NCBI RefSeq assembly: GCF_006345805.1
Contig: NC_043014.1
Location: 49,600,001-49,664,000, forward strand
Reading direction: 5' to 3'
DNA: 64,000 nt
From: Octopus sinensis
Taxonomy: Eukaryota
Made by a program: the position numbers and the translations under genes. Under the pieces are notes generated by a model. That model saw only the letters and a program-made list of their open reading frames with translations. It was not told the origin of the DNA and did no database searches. This document shows positions 51,772 to 64,000 of this stretch, one piece after another. Within the stretch, counting starts at the first letter, position 1. Every line of letters starts with the position of its first letter.

Positions 51772-51813
51772 CTACCTCTGGATATCCTTGTTGCTTATTT
51801 TGATTTATATAGG

Positions 51814-51848
<35 letters not shown>

Positions 51849-51885
51849 ATTAAATATACACATGTGTATACAACAAATGGGAAAT

Positions 51886-52650
51886 AAAAAATCGATTTAT
51901 TATTTTCAGCCAGTGGGTTGTGGCCATGCTACGGCATGGTGTGAGAGTAGTGCCATTTGTTCCATAAATATTCTTTAGGTGTGATGATAGTTTTGGAAAG
52001 ATATAATGTTGGAATAATTGTCTTGAATTGAATGACATTCTTGTAGATTATTATTTATATTTACCCTAATTACCCGTACAAGATGTATGTATGTATGTAT
52101 GTATGTATGTATGTATGTATGTATATTTGCATGGATGTATGTATGAATGTATGTATGTATGTTTGTATGTATGTATGAATGTATGTATGTCTGCATGTAT
52201 GTATGTATGTATGTATGTATAAATGTATGTATGAATGTATGTATGAATGTATAAATGTATGTATGAATGTATGTATGTATAAATGTATGTATGTATGTAT
52301 AAATGTATGTATGAATGTATGTATATATGTATGTATGTACCAATGTATGTATGTATTTATATTTATGCATTTCTATATAGATGTAAGGATGTATGAATGT
52401 ATCTTTAGATGTATGGATGTATATATATATATATATGTGTGTGTGTGAGTGTGTATGTGTGAGTGTGTGTGTGTCTTTATGTGTGTGTGTGTATGTGTAT
52501 GTGTGTATGTATATGTACAGATGTATGTATGTGAATGTTGTTTTCGATTAAACAAGGAAGGGTATACTCCACATGTGATATGGCCATCATATTTATGTAA
52601 AAATTTTCGTTTGAAACTTCAGGCTGTGCATTTACTCTACACACACGCAC

Positions 52651-52720
<70 letters not shown>

Positions 52721-53228
52721 CTTCCACCGCTTCTCTTTTTTTTCAAACTACTCCCGTCTAAATCCTACTTTTCCCCTCACCCTTTTTATCATAATTAAAT
52801 ATGCGATTGTATGTATGTGTATATCTGTGTGTGTGTGCACGTGTGTATGCGTACATGTATATACAATCACATGTGTGGCTACACTAATTAACTGTATGTC
52901 ACTGACCTTTTATGCTCATCCCTTTTCTTCCATATCTGCTCTACCACAACATGTATGTGTGTATATATATATGTATGTATAAATCTATTTATCAACATAT
53001 ATATATTGTTTGTTATAAAGTTCTAAAAATATGTATATATATATATTTTTTTTTCGAGATAAAAATCTACCAGAATGTCATTCAATTCAAGACAATTATT
53101 CCAACATTATGTCTGTCCACAATTATCACGCCTACAAAATATTTATGGAACAAATGGCGCCGTTCTCACCCCCTCATGCCCCAGCATGGCCACAGCCCAC
53201 CGGCTGAAAATAATAAATCAATATATTT
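51886..53228. repeat. Inverted repeat pair (~165-bp arms at 51886-52049 and 53063-53228) around microsatellites
   Basis: Reverse-complement similarity; the track ORFs starting MSFNSRQLFQHY occur on both strands. Confidence 0.85.
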
Positions 53229-53240
53229 TTTTCTTCCACA

Positions 53241-53632
53241 TAGGCACAGGAGTGGCTGTGTGGTAAGTAGCTTGCTAACCAACCACATGGTTCCGGGTTC
53301 AGTCCCACTGTGTGGCATCTTGGGCAAGTGTCTTCTTTTATAGCCTCGGGCCGACCAAAGCCTTGTGAGTGGATTTGGTAGACGGAAACTGAAAGAAGCC
53401 TATCATATATATGTATGTGTGTGTATATGTTTGTGGGTCTGTGTTTGTCCTTCGAGCATTGCTTGGCAACCGATGCTGGTGTGTTTACGTCCCCATCACT
53501 TAGTGGTTCGGCAAAAGAGACCGATAGAATAAGTACTGGGCTTACAAAGAATAAGTCCTGAGATCGATTTGCTCGACTAAAGGCGGTGCTCCAGCATGGT
53601 CACAGTCAAATGACTGAAACAAGTAAAAGAGT
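53241..53632 (+). mobile_element. SINE family A
   Basis: Similarity to other copies. Confidence 0.9.
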
Positions 53633-54010
53633 ATGCAGAAGATTTAAAATTTCATGCAGGGGTGGTATTGTTGTTTTATATGAATCCCTGTACTTGACTG
53701 GTTTTTTAAAAAATTTTATTGAGCATGGATGGTTGAAAACATATATATGACCTCAGGGAAATTTGAACTCAGAACTTAAGGAGTTGTAGCTAAATACTAA
53801 ATATGAGTTGGTTGCTTTGTCAAAGCATGGTTGATTGATAAGGGTAATTGATTGAAAAAAGTGTTGATTGATAATGGTGGTTGATTAATAAGGGTGATTG
53901 ATTTACAGGATTATTGCTAGATGGTGAGGGTGATTTTCCACATATGTAGTATATATATATATATATATATAATATATATGAATAATAATATATATATGCA
54001 TATACACATG

Positions 54011-54071
<61 letters not shown>

Positions 54072-54696
54072 TATAATATATATTATATATATATATATAT
54101 ATAATATATTATATATATATTACCACATTATATATACATACATATAGTGAGAATTTACAAAAAAACACATATATCTCTCAAACAGTGAGGATATCAGCTA
54201 TGCTACACACACACATATATGTGTGTGTGTGTGTGTGTACATAAATACACACACACACACATATATATATATATATTATATATATATATATGCATCTTAT
54301 GTATCTATTTGTATGCATTATGTACACACAAACACACATAGATGTATAAACACACACACTCATATTTTTTAATGTGTGTATATGTGTGTGCACGTGCACC
54401 TGTTTGCACGTGCCTGAGTGTGAAATGAAGTTTTTTTTTAAAAGAAAATCTCAATTCTTATGACTTTCTCCTTCATTATAAGACAAGGTAAGAAATCAAT
54501 CTTCTACCATGTGAAATATTTTTTAAAAAATTATAGGGTGGGGTACAAAAGGTGGTCTTTCTAGGTTGTGTGTTTATAAAACACGTTTGTGTAATTTATG
54601 GCAGCGATTAGGACTGACCTAAGCATACAAAAAAAACAACAACACATTTTTTAATGTTAATAAAAATGTTTTAAAAAACTTTTTTTTGTGATAGAT

Positions 54697-55101
54697 TAGG
54701 ATCTTTTCGGTTTGAACGGCAGTTTTTAACACAATTTCTAGGTAACTAAAAAATTTTAAACTTCGTATACTGGTAGAATGTGTTTATAAAACATCTTTTT
54801 CTCTTGGCTTTATTGAGAAAATCCTATAGTTTGTAAGACATTTGTTGTTTTTTTTCTTCAATTTCTGCAATTTCAACCAATCAATGACGTCTATTGAGTT
54901 AAAAAGCATTCTGTGCCGTATGAATATGTCCCTAGTTTAAGAAACAGATTGGGTTTATTTACATTTGTGAAGAAAAAAAGATACCCTTCCCCCACCCCTA
55001 ACCCTAACTAACCCTAAATCCAAAACAGATTGAAATGCAATAGATCGATTCTAGGGTCATAATTATGGGTGACAATTTCACATGACAGCACTAGAAAAAA
55101 A
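54697..55101. mobile_element. Dispersed DNA element with internal telomere-like (CCCTAA) units, flanked by a 49-bp direct repeat
   Basis: Start ggatcttttcggtttgaacggcag; cccctaaccctaactaaccctaa at ~54995. Confidence 0.5.
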
Positions 55102-55446
55102 TTTTTAATGTTAAGAAAAATGTTTTAAAAAACTTTTTTTTGTGATAGATCAAGTTTTTCATGATATCAAAAAAATAACAACAAATGATAATAAACAAAA
55201 AAGGGGGAAAAAAAACACAACACGGTGGCGAGAGGGAAACGAAACCAGATCCTGTGAGTCCAAGGACACCATAGCAGCGGCGAGAGGAGGTGAGGGGGTG
55301 GTTCAATGACACAACCGCTGTCACCACTGTTCTCAGGCGGACGAGTCAATGCCAAGTGCTAACATCTGTACATCTATAAATAGAAATACCTTTTGTGTAG
55401 TGTTAGGTTAAAAATAGCTCGTATTGATAAAGATAAATAGACCTAT

Positions 55447-55482
<36 letters not shown>

Positions 55483-55959
55483 GTATATATGAGTGAGAAT
55501 AGAGAGAGAGAGAGGGGGTGAGAGAAAGTTATGCGATATTTTGACAAGTAGGTCAGTCAGTGTCACCAGACTGACCTCGGTTTTAAAAATCAACCACCAT
55601 CAACACCACCATTACCACAGCATTGGTGTAAATCTATGTATCTCTCTCTCTCTATCTATCTGCTATTCTCTCTCTTTCTACCAACAAATCTATACATCTG
55701 TCTCTGTCTATCTATCTATTTATCTCTCTATCTATTTATCTTTCTAACTATCTATCTATCTATTTATCTCTCTATCTCTGTACCTATCTATCTTTCTAAC
55801 TATCTATCTATCTGTCTGTCTATCTATCTTTCTATCTATTTATCTATCTATCTATCTATCTATCTATATATATATATCTACCTATCTATCTATCTTTCTA
55901 ACAATCTATCTATCTGTCTGTCTATCTATCTTTCTATCTATCTATCCATCCATCCATCT

Positions 55960-56040
<81 letters not shown>

Positions 56041-56297
56041 CATCAATTTCTGTCTATTTCGGTGCACACACACACACACAGGTATATAACGGGTGACTTG
56101 CCCTGAATTACTTATCGCGGTACTCACCTCCACATTCTCTTGGTGATTTGGTGACAGTTACTACTTCTCACTCACAAACATTAACATTTTACACTGGCTT
56201 GGAACAACAACAACAACATTACCGACAAACACAAATAACGATGAGCCACTGAGTGGTCGTTTAATCTGCAAGAAATAGCAGCCAAACATTCATTTAA

Positions 56298-56522
56298 CCC
56301 ATTCGTTACCGTATTTATTTTGAGATGCTCTGTGTTTCTTTCCATTTATTTTAAATATAACAAAGAATTTAGTAAAAATAACTTAATTACCATTAAACTA
56401 GTGTTTTGGGGACATAAATTGTGACTAAGGTTTGGTGAAAGATTTTAATTCAAAACTTAAGAAAACAAGGCATTTGTACTACAGAGCCAGAGGCGGTTTC
56501 GGCCTGGTTGGTAATGAAAGGG
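56298..56522. mobile_element. piggyBac-like TTAA MITE nested in an old repeat
   Basis: ttaa|cccattcgttacc ... ggtaatgaaaggg|ttaa. Confidence 0.8.
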
Positions 56523-57397
56523 TTAATCACACCCTATAGTCTTGTCATGGAAGAACACGCTGGAAAAAGTAATCTTATATACACTGCATGTCTGCGTCCC
56601 CAACAAAAGATGGATTGGTCACGTCAGTAAGTCTGTTTAGGTCAGAACTGGCCTTTGGGTAAACAACAACAAACCTAACGAACGCTAATCATTAAATTTC
56701 CTTAAGTTTGTGTAAGGAAGGTCCCACACTATATGTGCCAATGTGCCAATGTGATACTGATGAATTCAAAGACCCAGTATTCAGCGATGTTATCATTGAT
56801 AGTAAAATTCTTTAAATAAAAACTATCACTTCCAAAACAAACGTTTCTGGGTTCAGTCCCACTGTGTGGAACCTTGGGCAAGTGTCTTCTGCTATAACCT
56901 CTGGCCGACCAAAGCCTTGTGAGTGGATTTGGTAGGTAGGAACTAAAAGAAACTGGTCATCATCATCATCATCATATCATCGTTTAACGTCCATTTTCCA
57001 TGCTGGCATGGGTTGGACGGTTTGACTAAGGTCTGGAGAGCCAGTGGCTGCACCAGGCTCCAATCTGATCTGGCAATGTTTCTACAGCTGGATGCTCTTC
57101 CTAATGCCAACCACTCTGAAAGTGTAGTGGGTGCTTCTTACATACCACCAGCATAGGGGCACTGGCATTGGCCACGTTTGGTTGGTGCATTTTATGTGCC
57201 ACTGGCACGAGAGCCAGTCAGGTGGTGCTGGCATTAGCTACATTCAGATGGTGCTTTTTTTACATGCCACCCAGCACAGGAGCGTGAGGCAGACCTGGCA
57301 TCGATGGTGCTTTTTACGTGCCACTGGCATGGGAGCCAGTCAGGCCATATATATTATATATATATATATAATACATATGCATATATATATATACACA

Positions 57398-58272
57398 CTG
57401 GGTGTGATGTATAAATTTTTGTAATTTTATATTTTCAATATTGTACAGATACATTGTCTTTTGATTTTGCCAATTACACAGTATAGTAGGGTCAGTTGGG
57501 CACCATCTGCGAGAAAAACAGCACCATGATGCAATTCACTCAGCCAGAAATTTGGAAACGACATGCTGTACTGCTTGGCATTTGGGCTGGAAGCTCCAAT
57601 ACGAACAGATGATGAACACACAGAACAACTGTTGGTTTGCCATGTCCCCAAAACATGTACCAAGATTGAGAAAAATCAAACATCCAGTCAACATCATGGT
57701 GTTTGGAGTGATCACTAGTGATAGCAACGTTATGCCTTCATTCATTCTCCCACGCGGCCTCAGACACAACACGGAGGCCTACATCAAGTGCCTGGAGGAG
57801 GTAGTGCTGCCCTGGGTCAAAAGGGCAGCTGCTAGAAGCTGCAACAGGACTCTGTACCATGCCACACAAGCAGGAGAACTAAGTCATGGCTGTCAGACAA
57901 TTTCTACGGCCACCTCACCCCTAACATCTGGCCACCTAACTCCCCAGACTGCAACCCCCTTGATTATTGTGTGTGGGACACAGTTGAGGGAGAGACCAAC
58001 AAAACTCCTTGTAGCACGAAAGATGAACTGAAGGCAAAGATTATGGCAACATTCGCCAACTTAAACTAGGAGACTGTCTGGAAGAGTTGCAAGAGATTCC
58101 GAAGTCATCTGGAGGCTGTGGTTGAAGCCAATGGCGATTTTATTGAATAAATTTACTCTTTAGCATTTCAAGATATTTTTATGTAATTTTTGTAAATATA
58201 TCTGTTAAAATGAGATGTCAGTGTTATTTTCATTTTTGTGTAATTTGGACGACAGTTTATTCACTGCACCCT
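57398..58272 (+). mobile_element. Internally deleted DD37D/maT-like transposon
   Basis: KHPVNIMVFGVITSDS..., QQDS.PCH, WPPNSPDCNP.DY.VW motifs; degenerate gggtg...aataaa TIRs next to TA. Confidence 0.8.
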
Positions 58273-59705
58273 AATATATATATATATATATATCATCATC
58301 ATCATCATCATCATCGTTTAGCGTCCGTTTTCCATGCTAGCATGGGTTATATATATATATATACTCTTTTACTCTTTTATTTGTTTCAGTCATTTGACTG
58401 CGGCCATGCTGGAGTACCACCTTTAGTTGAGCAAATCAACCCCAGGACTTATTCTTTGTAAGACTAGTACTTATTCTATCGGTCTCTTTTGCCGAACCGC
58501 TAAGTTACGGGGACGTAAACTCACCAGCATCGGTTGTCAAGCGATGTTGGGGGTACAAACACACACTCACACATATATATAGGGGTGGAGGCACTGAGGG
58601 TATTATGTGGCCTTGAGGGGTGGGGTTGGTGGCCCAAAAAGTTCAAGAACCTTTGATCTATACCTACCAACTCAAGGGGAAGCCACTTCTAGCCACTTTA
58701 GAAAGGGCAGTCACAAAGCCACATCTTCAAATGCAGTCCAAACTGGAATTTTAGTGGCACACCAATTCGAGCCCTCAAAGTGCATGTTTATCAGTCTTAG
58801 TCAGCCTAATGGAAACTCCTCGGATCTTTCATAAATATATATATATATGCCGGTGGCACGTAAAAAGCACCATCCGTTCGTGGCCGTTGCCAGCCTCGCC
58901 TGGCCCCCGTGCTGGTGGCACGTAAAAAGCACCATCTGTCCGTGGCCGTTTGCCAGCTCCGTCTGGCACCTGTCCGGGTGGCACGTAAAAAGCACCCACT
59001 ACACTCACGGAGTGGTTGGCGTTAGGAAGGGCATCCAGCCGTAGAAACACTGCCAGATCAGACCCCAGTTGAACCGTCCAACCCATGCTAGCATGGAAAG
59101 CGGACGCTAAATGATGATGATGATGATGATAATGATATCAGTGTGTGTATGTGTGTGTGTGTGTGTGTGTGTGGATGCGTGTGCATATGTGTCTGTGTTT
59201 GTCCAACCCCCCACATCACACCACCACCACCACCACTACCACTACCAACACTTGACAACAGGTATTGGTTTGTCTACATCCCAGTAACATTAGCAGTTCA
59301 GCAAAAAGGGACTGATAGAATAAGTATCAGGGTACCACACTTAAATAAAAAAAAAAAAAATTAGTACTGTGGTTGATTTATTCAGCTACAAAAATTCCTT
59401 AAGGTGGTGCCCCAGCATGGCCGCAGTCTAATGACTGAAAGGAGTAAAAAAGATAAATCATTTAAATCTCCACTCCTCTTTCACTCCTCTTCCTCCTTCC
59501 CAACTCTCCTCTTTCTCTCATTGGCTTTATCTCTCTCTCTCTTTCTCTCTCTCTCTCCCTCTGTACCTACAAGTCTCTATGTCTCTACCTTTACTTTCTT
59601 CTATCTGCTTGTCTGTGGGTTGATTGCTTGTTGCAGTCTTTCACTCACAATATCTCTTTCCTTCTCTCTCTTTTTCTTCCTCATAGTCAAGTAGAAACTG
59701 TAAAG

Positions 59706-59749
<44 letters not shown>

Positions 59750-60137
59750 TAGCAGCAACAGCAACAATCTACCCTGAGTTGATCGACTTCTAGTTGTTAA
59801 GTTTTACTTTAAGAAGTTATCGTCAACATATCTAAACAAGGGCATGGCTGTCGTGTGGTTAGCAAGAAATGTGTATAGGTGTGTGTTAGAGAGTGGTGAA
59901 ACTTAGTAGGGGGAGGAGACATGAATGTGTGTGTGGTGTGTGTGTGAGGTCACTTGTGAGGTCTGTCATGAATGCTACTGGTAACATGGAATCCAATACA
60001 ACCTGTTATATGGTCACTGGCACTCCCACTTGATTTGCCTGGTGAGGAGGGTTGCTGGAAACCCCGAAAGTATTAAAAGCAAAATCTGTGTGAAAGGAAA
60101 GGATGAACCTTGTGTAGGTTCAATGACAAGCTAACAA

Positions 60138-60352
60138 TAATAGCACAAGCCCTCAGAAATTCTGGGTTGGTATTCAGCACACTGGAAGACCACTGGGAGT
60201 GAGGCACCATTCAGTTTTTATCAAAGAATGTCTCTAGGAAAAGGTAATAGCACAAGCCCTCAGAAATTCTGGGTTGGTATTCAGCACGCTGGAAGAACAC
60301 TGGGAGTGAGGCACCATTCAGCTTTTGTCAAAGAATGTCTCTAGGAAAAGGT
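60138..60352. repeat. 107-bp tandem duplication
   Basis: Units start at 60138 and 60245; about 4 mismatches. Confidence 0.9.
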
Positions 60353-60529
60353 CACTGTGATATAAAACCAGTTTCGCAAGGAACGGCACTGAACACTTTG
60401 GGGTCCTTTTGCATTCACTTGAGATCATAACACTCCCACATTCCCAAACCTGTGACTTATATTGGCACTAGGTATCTTGCCCGTATTTGTCTTTGGATCA
60501 TGTCAGTAGGGTGGAGAAAGTCTGTCCCC

Positions 60530-60718
60530 GAGTGTACCGTTGGCGATTTTTTTTCCTCTGTCTTCCCTTCTCTGGATCTTTCCTTCTCCTATGTTTCTGA
60601 CAAAGAGCTCCTTTCAAAACGTTAAACCCTCCTTTTTTCCTGAGCGTCCAATAATACTATATTTGTTCCACGTCCTCGCGTTGTTGTGTTTTTTGTGCTT
60701 TCATGTTTGGATTAACTA
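60530..60718 (+). mobile_element. Second copy of the 50796-50993 element with decayed hammerhead
   Basis: High similarity; core mutated (ctgacaa, caaaac). Confidence 0.8.
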
Positions 60719-60945
60719 TATATATATATACGACAAGCTTCTTTCAGTTTCTGTCTACCAAATTCACTCACAAGGCTTTGGTCGGCCCGAAGCTATAGTA
60801 GAAGACACTTGCCCAAGGTTCCACGCAGTGGGACTGAACACAGAACTATGTAGTTGGTAAGCAAGCTACTTACCACACAGCTACTCAATATGAATATATA
60901 GCAATATAAATACGCATATTTATGTGAATGTATATCTAAGTAAAG

Positions 60946-61327
60946 TGGAGGCACAATGGCCTAGTGGTTAGGGCAGCAGACTCACAGTTGTAGGATCATG
61001 GTTTCAATTCCCAGACCAGGTGTTGTGAATGTTTATTGAGCAAAAACACCTAAAGCTCTATGAGGCTCCGGCAGGGGTTTGTGGCGACCCCAGCTGTACG
61101 CTTTCACCACAACTTTCTCTCAGTCTTTTTTTCTGTTTCTGTTGTACCTGTATTTCAAAGGGCCAGCCTTGTCACACTCTATGCCATACTGAATCTCCCT
61201 GAGAGTTACATTAAGGGTACACGTGTCTGTGGAGTGCTCAGCCACTTGCACGTTGATTTCATAAGCTGGCTTTTCCATTGATTGGATCAACTGGAACCCT
61301 CGTTGTCGTAACCGATGGAGTGTCACA
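60946..61327 (+). mobile_element. tRNA-derived SINE (D2) with 11-bp TSD
   Basis: TSD atatctaagta at 60932-60942 and 61328-61338. Confidence 0.85.
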
Positions 61328-61712
61328 ATATCTAAGTATGTAAGTACGTTGCATGATCACGTATATACCAAACTGTTGGAGGTTGTTATTCATCACTGGT
61401 CACAATGTGCTTTGCATTGTTTTCAGTTTTGAAAGATGTCAACCTGTTAGCTAGGTGCACAGACCAACATTCCCCTGATCGGAAGCCTAATCTGACATAG
61501 GGTTACACATTTACAGCTGAGTAGACAGGGGCAACATGAAATGAAGTAATTTACACAAAAACACAATGTATTGCTCAGGCTGGGGATTGAACCTATGATC
61601 TTGTGATCATGAATGCAACTTCTTTATCGCCAAGCCACACACCTTCACATATAAGCATATACATCTACATATCTATCTAGCTATCTGTCTATATATATAT
61701 ATATATATAGAC

Positions 61713-62150
61713 AGGAGTGGCTGTGTGGTAAGTATCTTGCTTACAAACCACATGGTTCCGGGTTCAGTCCCACTGCATGGCACCTTGGGCAAGCGTCTTC
61801 TACTATAGCTTCAGGCCGACCAAAGCCTTGTGAGTGAATTTGGTAAACGGAAACTGAAAGAAGCCCGTTGTATATATGTATATATATATATGAATGTGTG
61901 TGTATATGTTTGTGTGTCTGTGTTTGTCCCCCGCCCCAACTGATGCTGGTGTGTTGACAACCGATGCTGGTGTGTTGACAACCGATGCTGGTGTGTTTAA
62001 GTCCCCGTAACTTAGCAGTTCGGCAAAAGAGACAGATAGAATAAGTACTAGGCTTACAAAGAATAAGTCCTGGGGTTGATTTGCTTGACTAAAGGCGGTG
62101 CTCCAGCATGGCCACAGTCAAATGAGTAAAAGAGTAAAAAGAGAGTAAAA
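61713..62150 (+). mobile_element. SINE family A with internal 21-bp triplication
   Basis: Similarity to other copies; gatgctggtgtgttgacaacc repeated. Confidence 0.85.
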
Positions 62151-62499
62151 AGATATATAGTTATATATATATACATATATTATCGTCATCATCAAAGTAT
62201 AGGCAGTGAAAAGGAAATAGTCCGTTGTCCATGCTGGCATGGGTTGGACAGTTTGATCAGCGCGGACAACGGATGTTAAATGATGATGATATATGTATAT
62301 ACTGACATGTACACACCTGCATACATATACACCCACAAACACGCACTCATACATGCTCACATACATATGCACGCATGCATATAAGCACACACCCACATAC
62401 ACGTACATATGCACACACATACATACACGCATACATACATACAGAGCTTTTACAAATAAAACCCTGGTAAATAATGGTGAATTAATATCTATGATGGAA

Positions 62500-62726
62500 T
62501 TATTTAATAAGCTTCGTTGTCTTTGAACTTTTAAGACGGGAGCAAATGGCGTTTTTCTTGATATTATTCAAGGACAGATAATATAAGGTGTTGTTGTTAT
62601 TGTTATTGTAGTTGTTCATTGTGGTGGTGGCCATCTCGTTGTTGCTGGTTATACACTCTCCACCTGTGTCCTTCAAAATTGAGGTCAGTCGCGGCTCTAA
62701 TTTATAATGGATGCATTCTTTTCTCT
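62500..62726 (-). CDS. Candidate terminal coding exon (phase 1), RKECIHYKLEPRLTSILKDTGGECITSNNEMATTTMNNYNNNNNNTLYYLSLNNIKKNAICSRLKSSKTTKLIK*
   Basis: Long polypyrimidine tract ending catatctcccacag|; 75 open codons in unique sequence; poly-Asn low complexity. Confidence 0.5.
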
Positions 62727-63015
62727 CTGTGGGAGATATGAAAAGTTTTGAAAGGAGAGAGAGGGAGAGAGAGGAAGAGAGAGAGAGGAAGGAAGAGAGA
62801 GAGGGAGAGAGAGAGAGGAAGGAAGAGAGAGAGAGTAAGGGTGAGAGAGAAAGGGAGGAGCAAGAAAGACAGAGAGAAAAAGAAATGTAGTTTGTGTTTG
62901 CATATGTGTGCATGTGTGCGTATAGACACATTATATACATACTATCTGTGTGTGTATATATATGTGTGTGTGTGTGTGTGTGTGCATGTGTGTGTGTGTA
63001 AATGTATATATGGCA

Positions 63016-63175
63016 ACAGGAGTGGCTGTGTGGTAAGTATCTTGCTTACCAGCCACATGGTTACGGGTTCAGTCCCACTGCGTGGCACCTTGGCCAAGTA
63101 ACTTCTACTATAGCCTCGGGACAACCAAAGTCTTGTGAGTGGATTTGGTAGATAGAAACTGAAAGAAGCCCGTTG

Positions 63176-63214
<39 letters not shown>

Positions 63215-63225
63215 TGTGTGTGTGT

Positions 63226-63264
<39 letters not shown>

Positions 63265-63430
63265 GTGTGTGTGTGTGTGTGTGTGTGTGTTTGTCCCCCA
63301 ATGTCACTTGACAACCAATGCTGGTGTGTTTACGTCCCTGTAAGTTACCGGTTTGGCAAAAGAATAAGTCCTAGGGTTGATTTGCTCAACTGAAGACAGT
63401 GCTCCAGCATGGCTGCAGTCGAATGACTGA
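63016..63430 (+). mobile_element. SINE family A
   Basis: Similarity to other copies. Confidence 0.8.
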
Positions 63431-64000
63431 ATGTATGTGTGTGTATATATATATATATATATACACATATATACACATGCTTTTATATATGTGTTTGTGT
63501 GTGTGTGAGTGTGTGTCTGATAAATATGTATTGATACATATGTATGTATGGTTTTAGATATAAACATATATATGTATGTGTGGTTTTATGTTTTTTCTTT
63601 CTTATTTCAGTCATGATACTGTGGCCATACTGGGGCACTGCTTTGAAGGAATTTTAGTTGAACAAATCAACCTCAGAACTTTTGTTTAAAACCTGGTACT
63701 TATTCTATCGATCTCTTATGCCGAATCGCTAAGTTACAGGGTGGTAAACACACCAACACTGGTTATCAAGCAGTGGTGGTGGTGGTGGTGGGGGAAACAC
63801 AGACACAAAGACACACACATACATAAACGACAATTTCTGTCTTTCTGTCTGTTATCATCTTGCTGCCTACACCAGTGAACCAATCTTTATAAAACCTTGC
63901 ATACATCTTAAACTAACATCTGGTTCAATTATAAGCTAATTGCATTTCAACAATAATCTATAATGGGCTCCCTAGAGAGGTTGCAAGAATGTTAGGTTGA

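Overview
Repeat-dense, AT-rich eukaryotic DNA with one 100-N scaffold gap (27509-27608). The SINE families and (TA)n/(TG)n/(GATA)n load point to an octopus (cephalopod) genome; this is inference from repeat content. No intact multi-exon gene can be assembled, and nearly all track ORFs are microsatellite or transposon artefacts. Contents: dozens of tRNA-derived SINE copies (3-4 families), truncated RTE, CR1 and Penelope-like retroelement pieces, Tc1/mariner transposase pseudogenes, TTAA-, hAT- and 8-bp-TSD MITEs, a non-autonomous Helitron and a few candidate host exons (minus 60-125, 26124-26184, 62500-62726; plus 6342-6492, 14164-15507). The most interesting signal is a cluster of type I hammerhead ribozyme folds from four different short element families at 46.8-51.8 kb, next to a Penelope GIY-YIG remnant. 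All have palindromic (dimer-type) stem III. Two families carry a non-canonical CCGAUGA core, and one copy sits in a perfect 84-bp-arm palindrome that puts a hammerhead on each strand. Also notable: a Tc1 transposase whose first catalytic-Asp motif (DETRATL) has expanded into a ~19-unit minisatellite.
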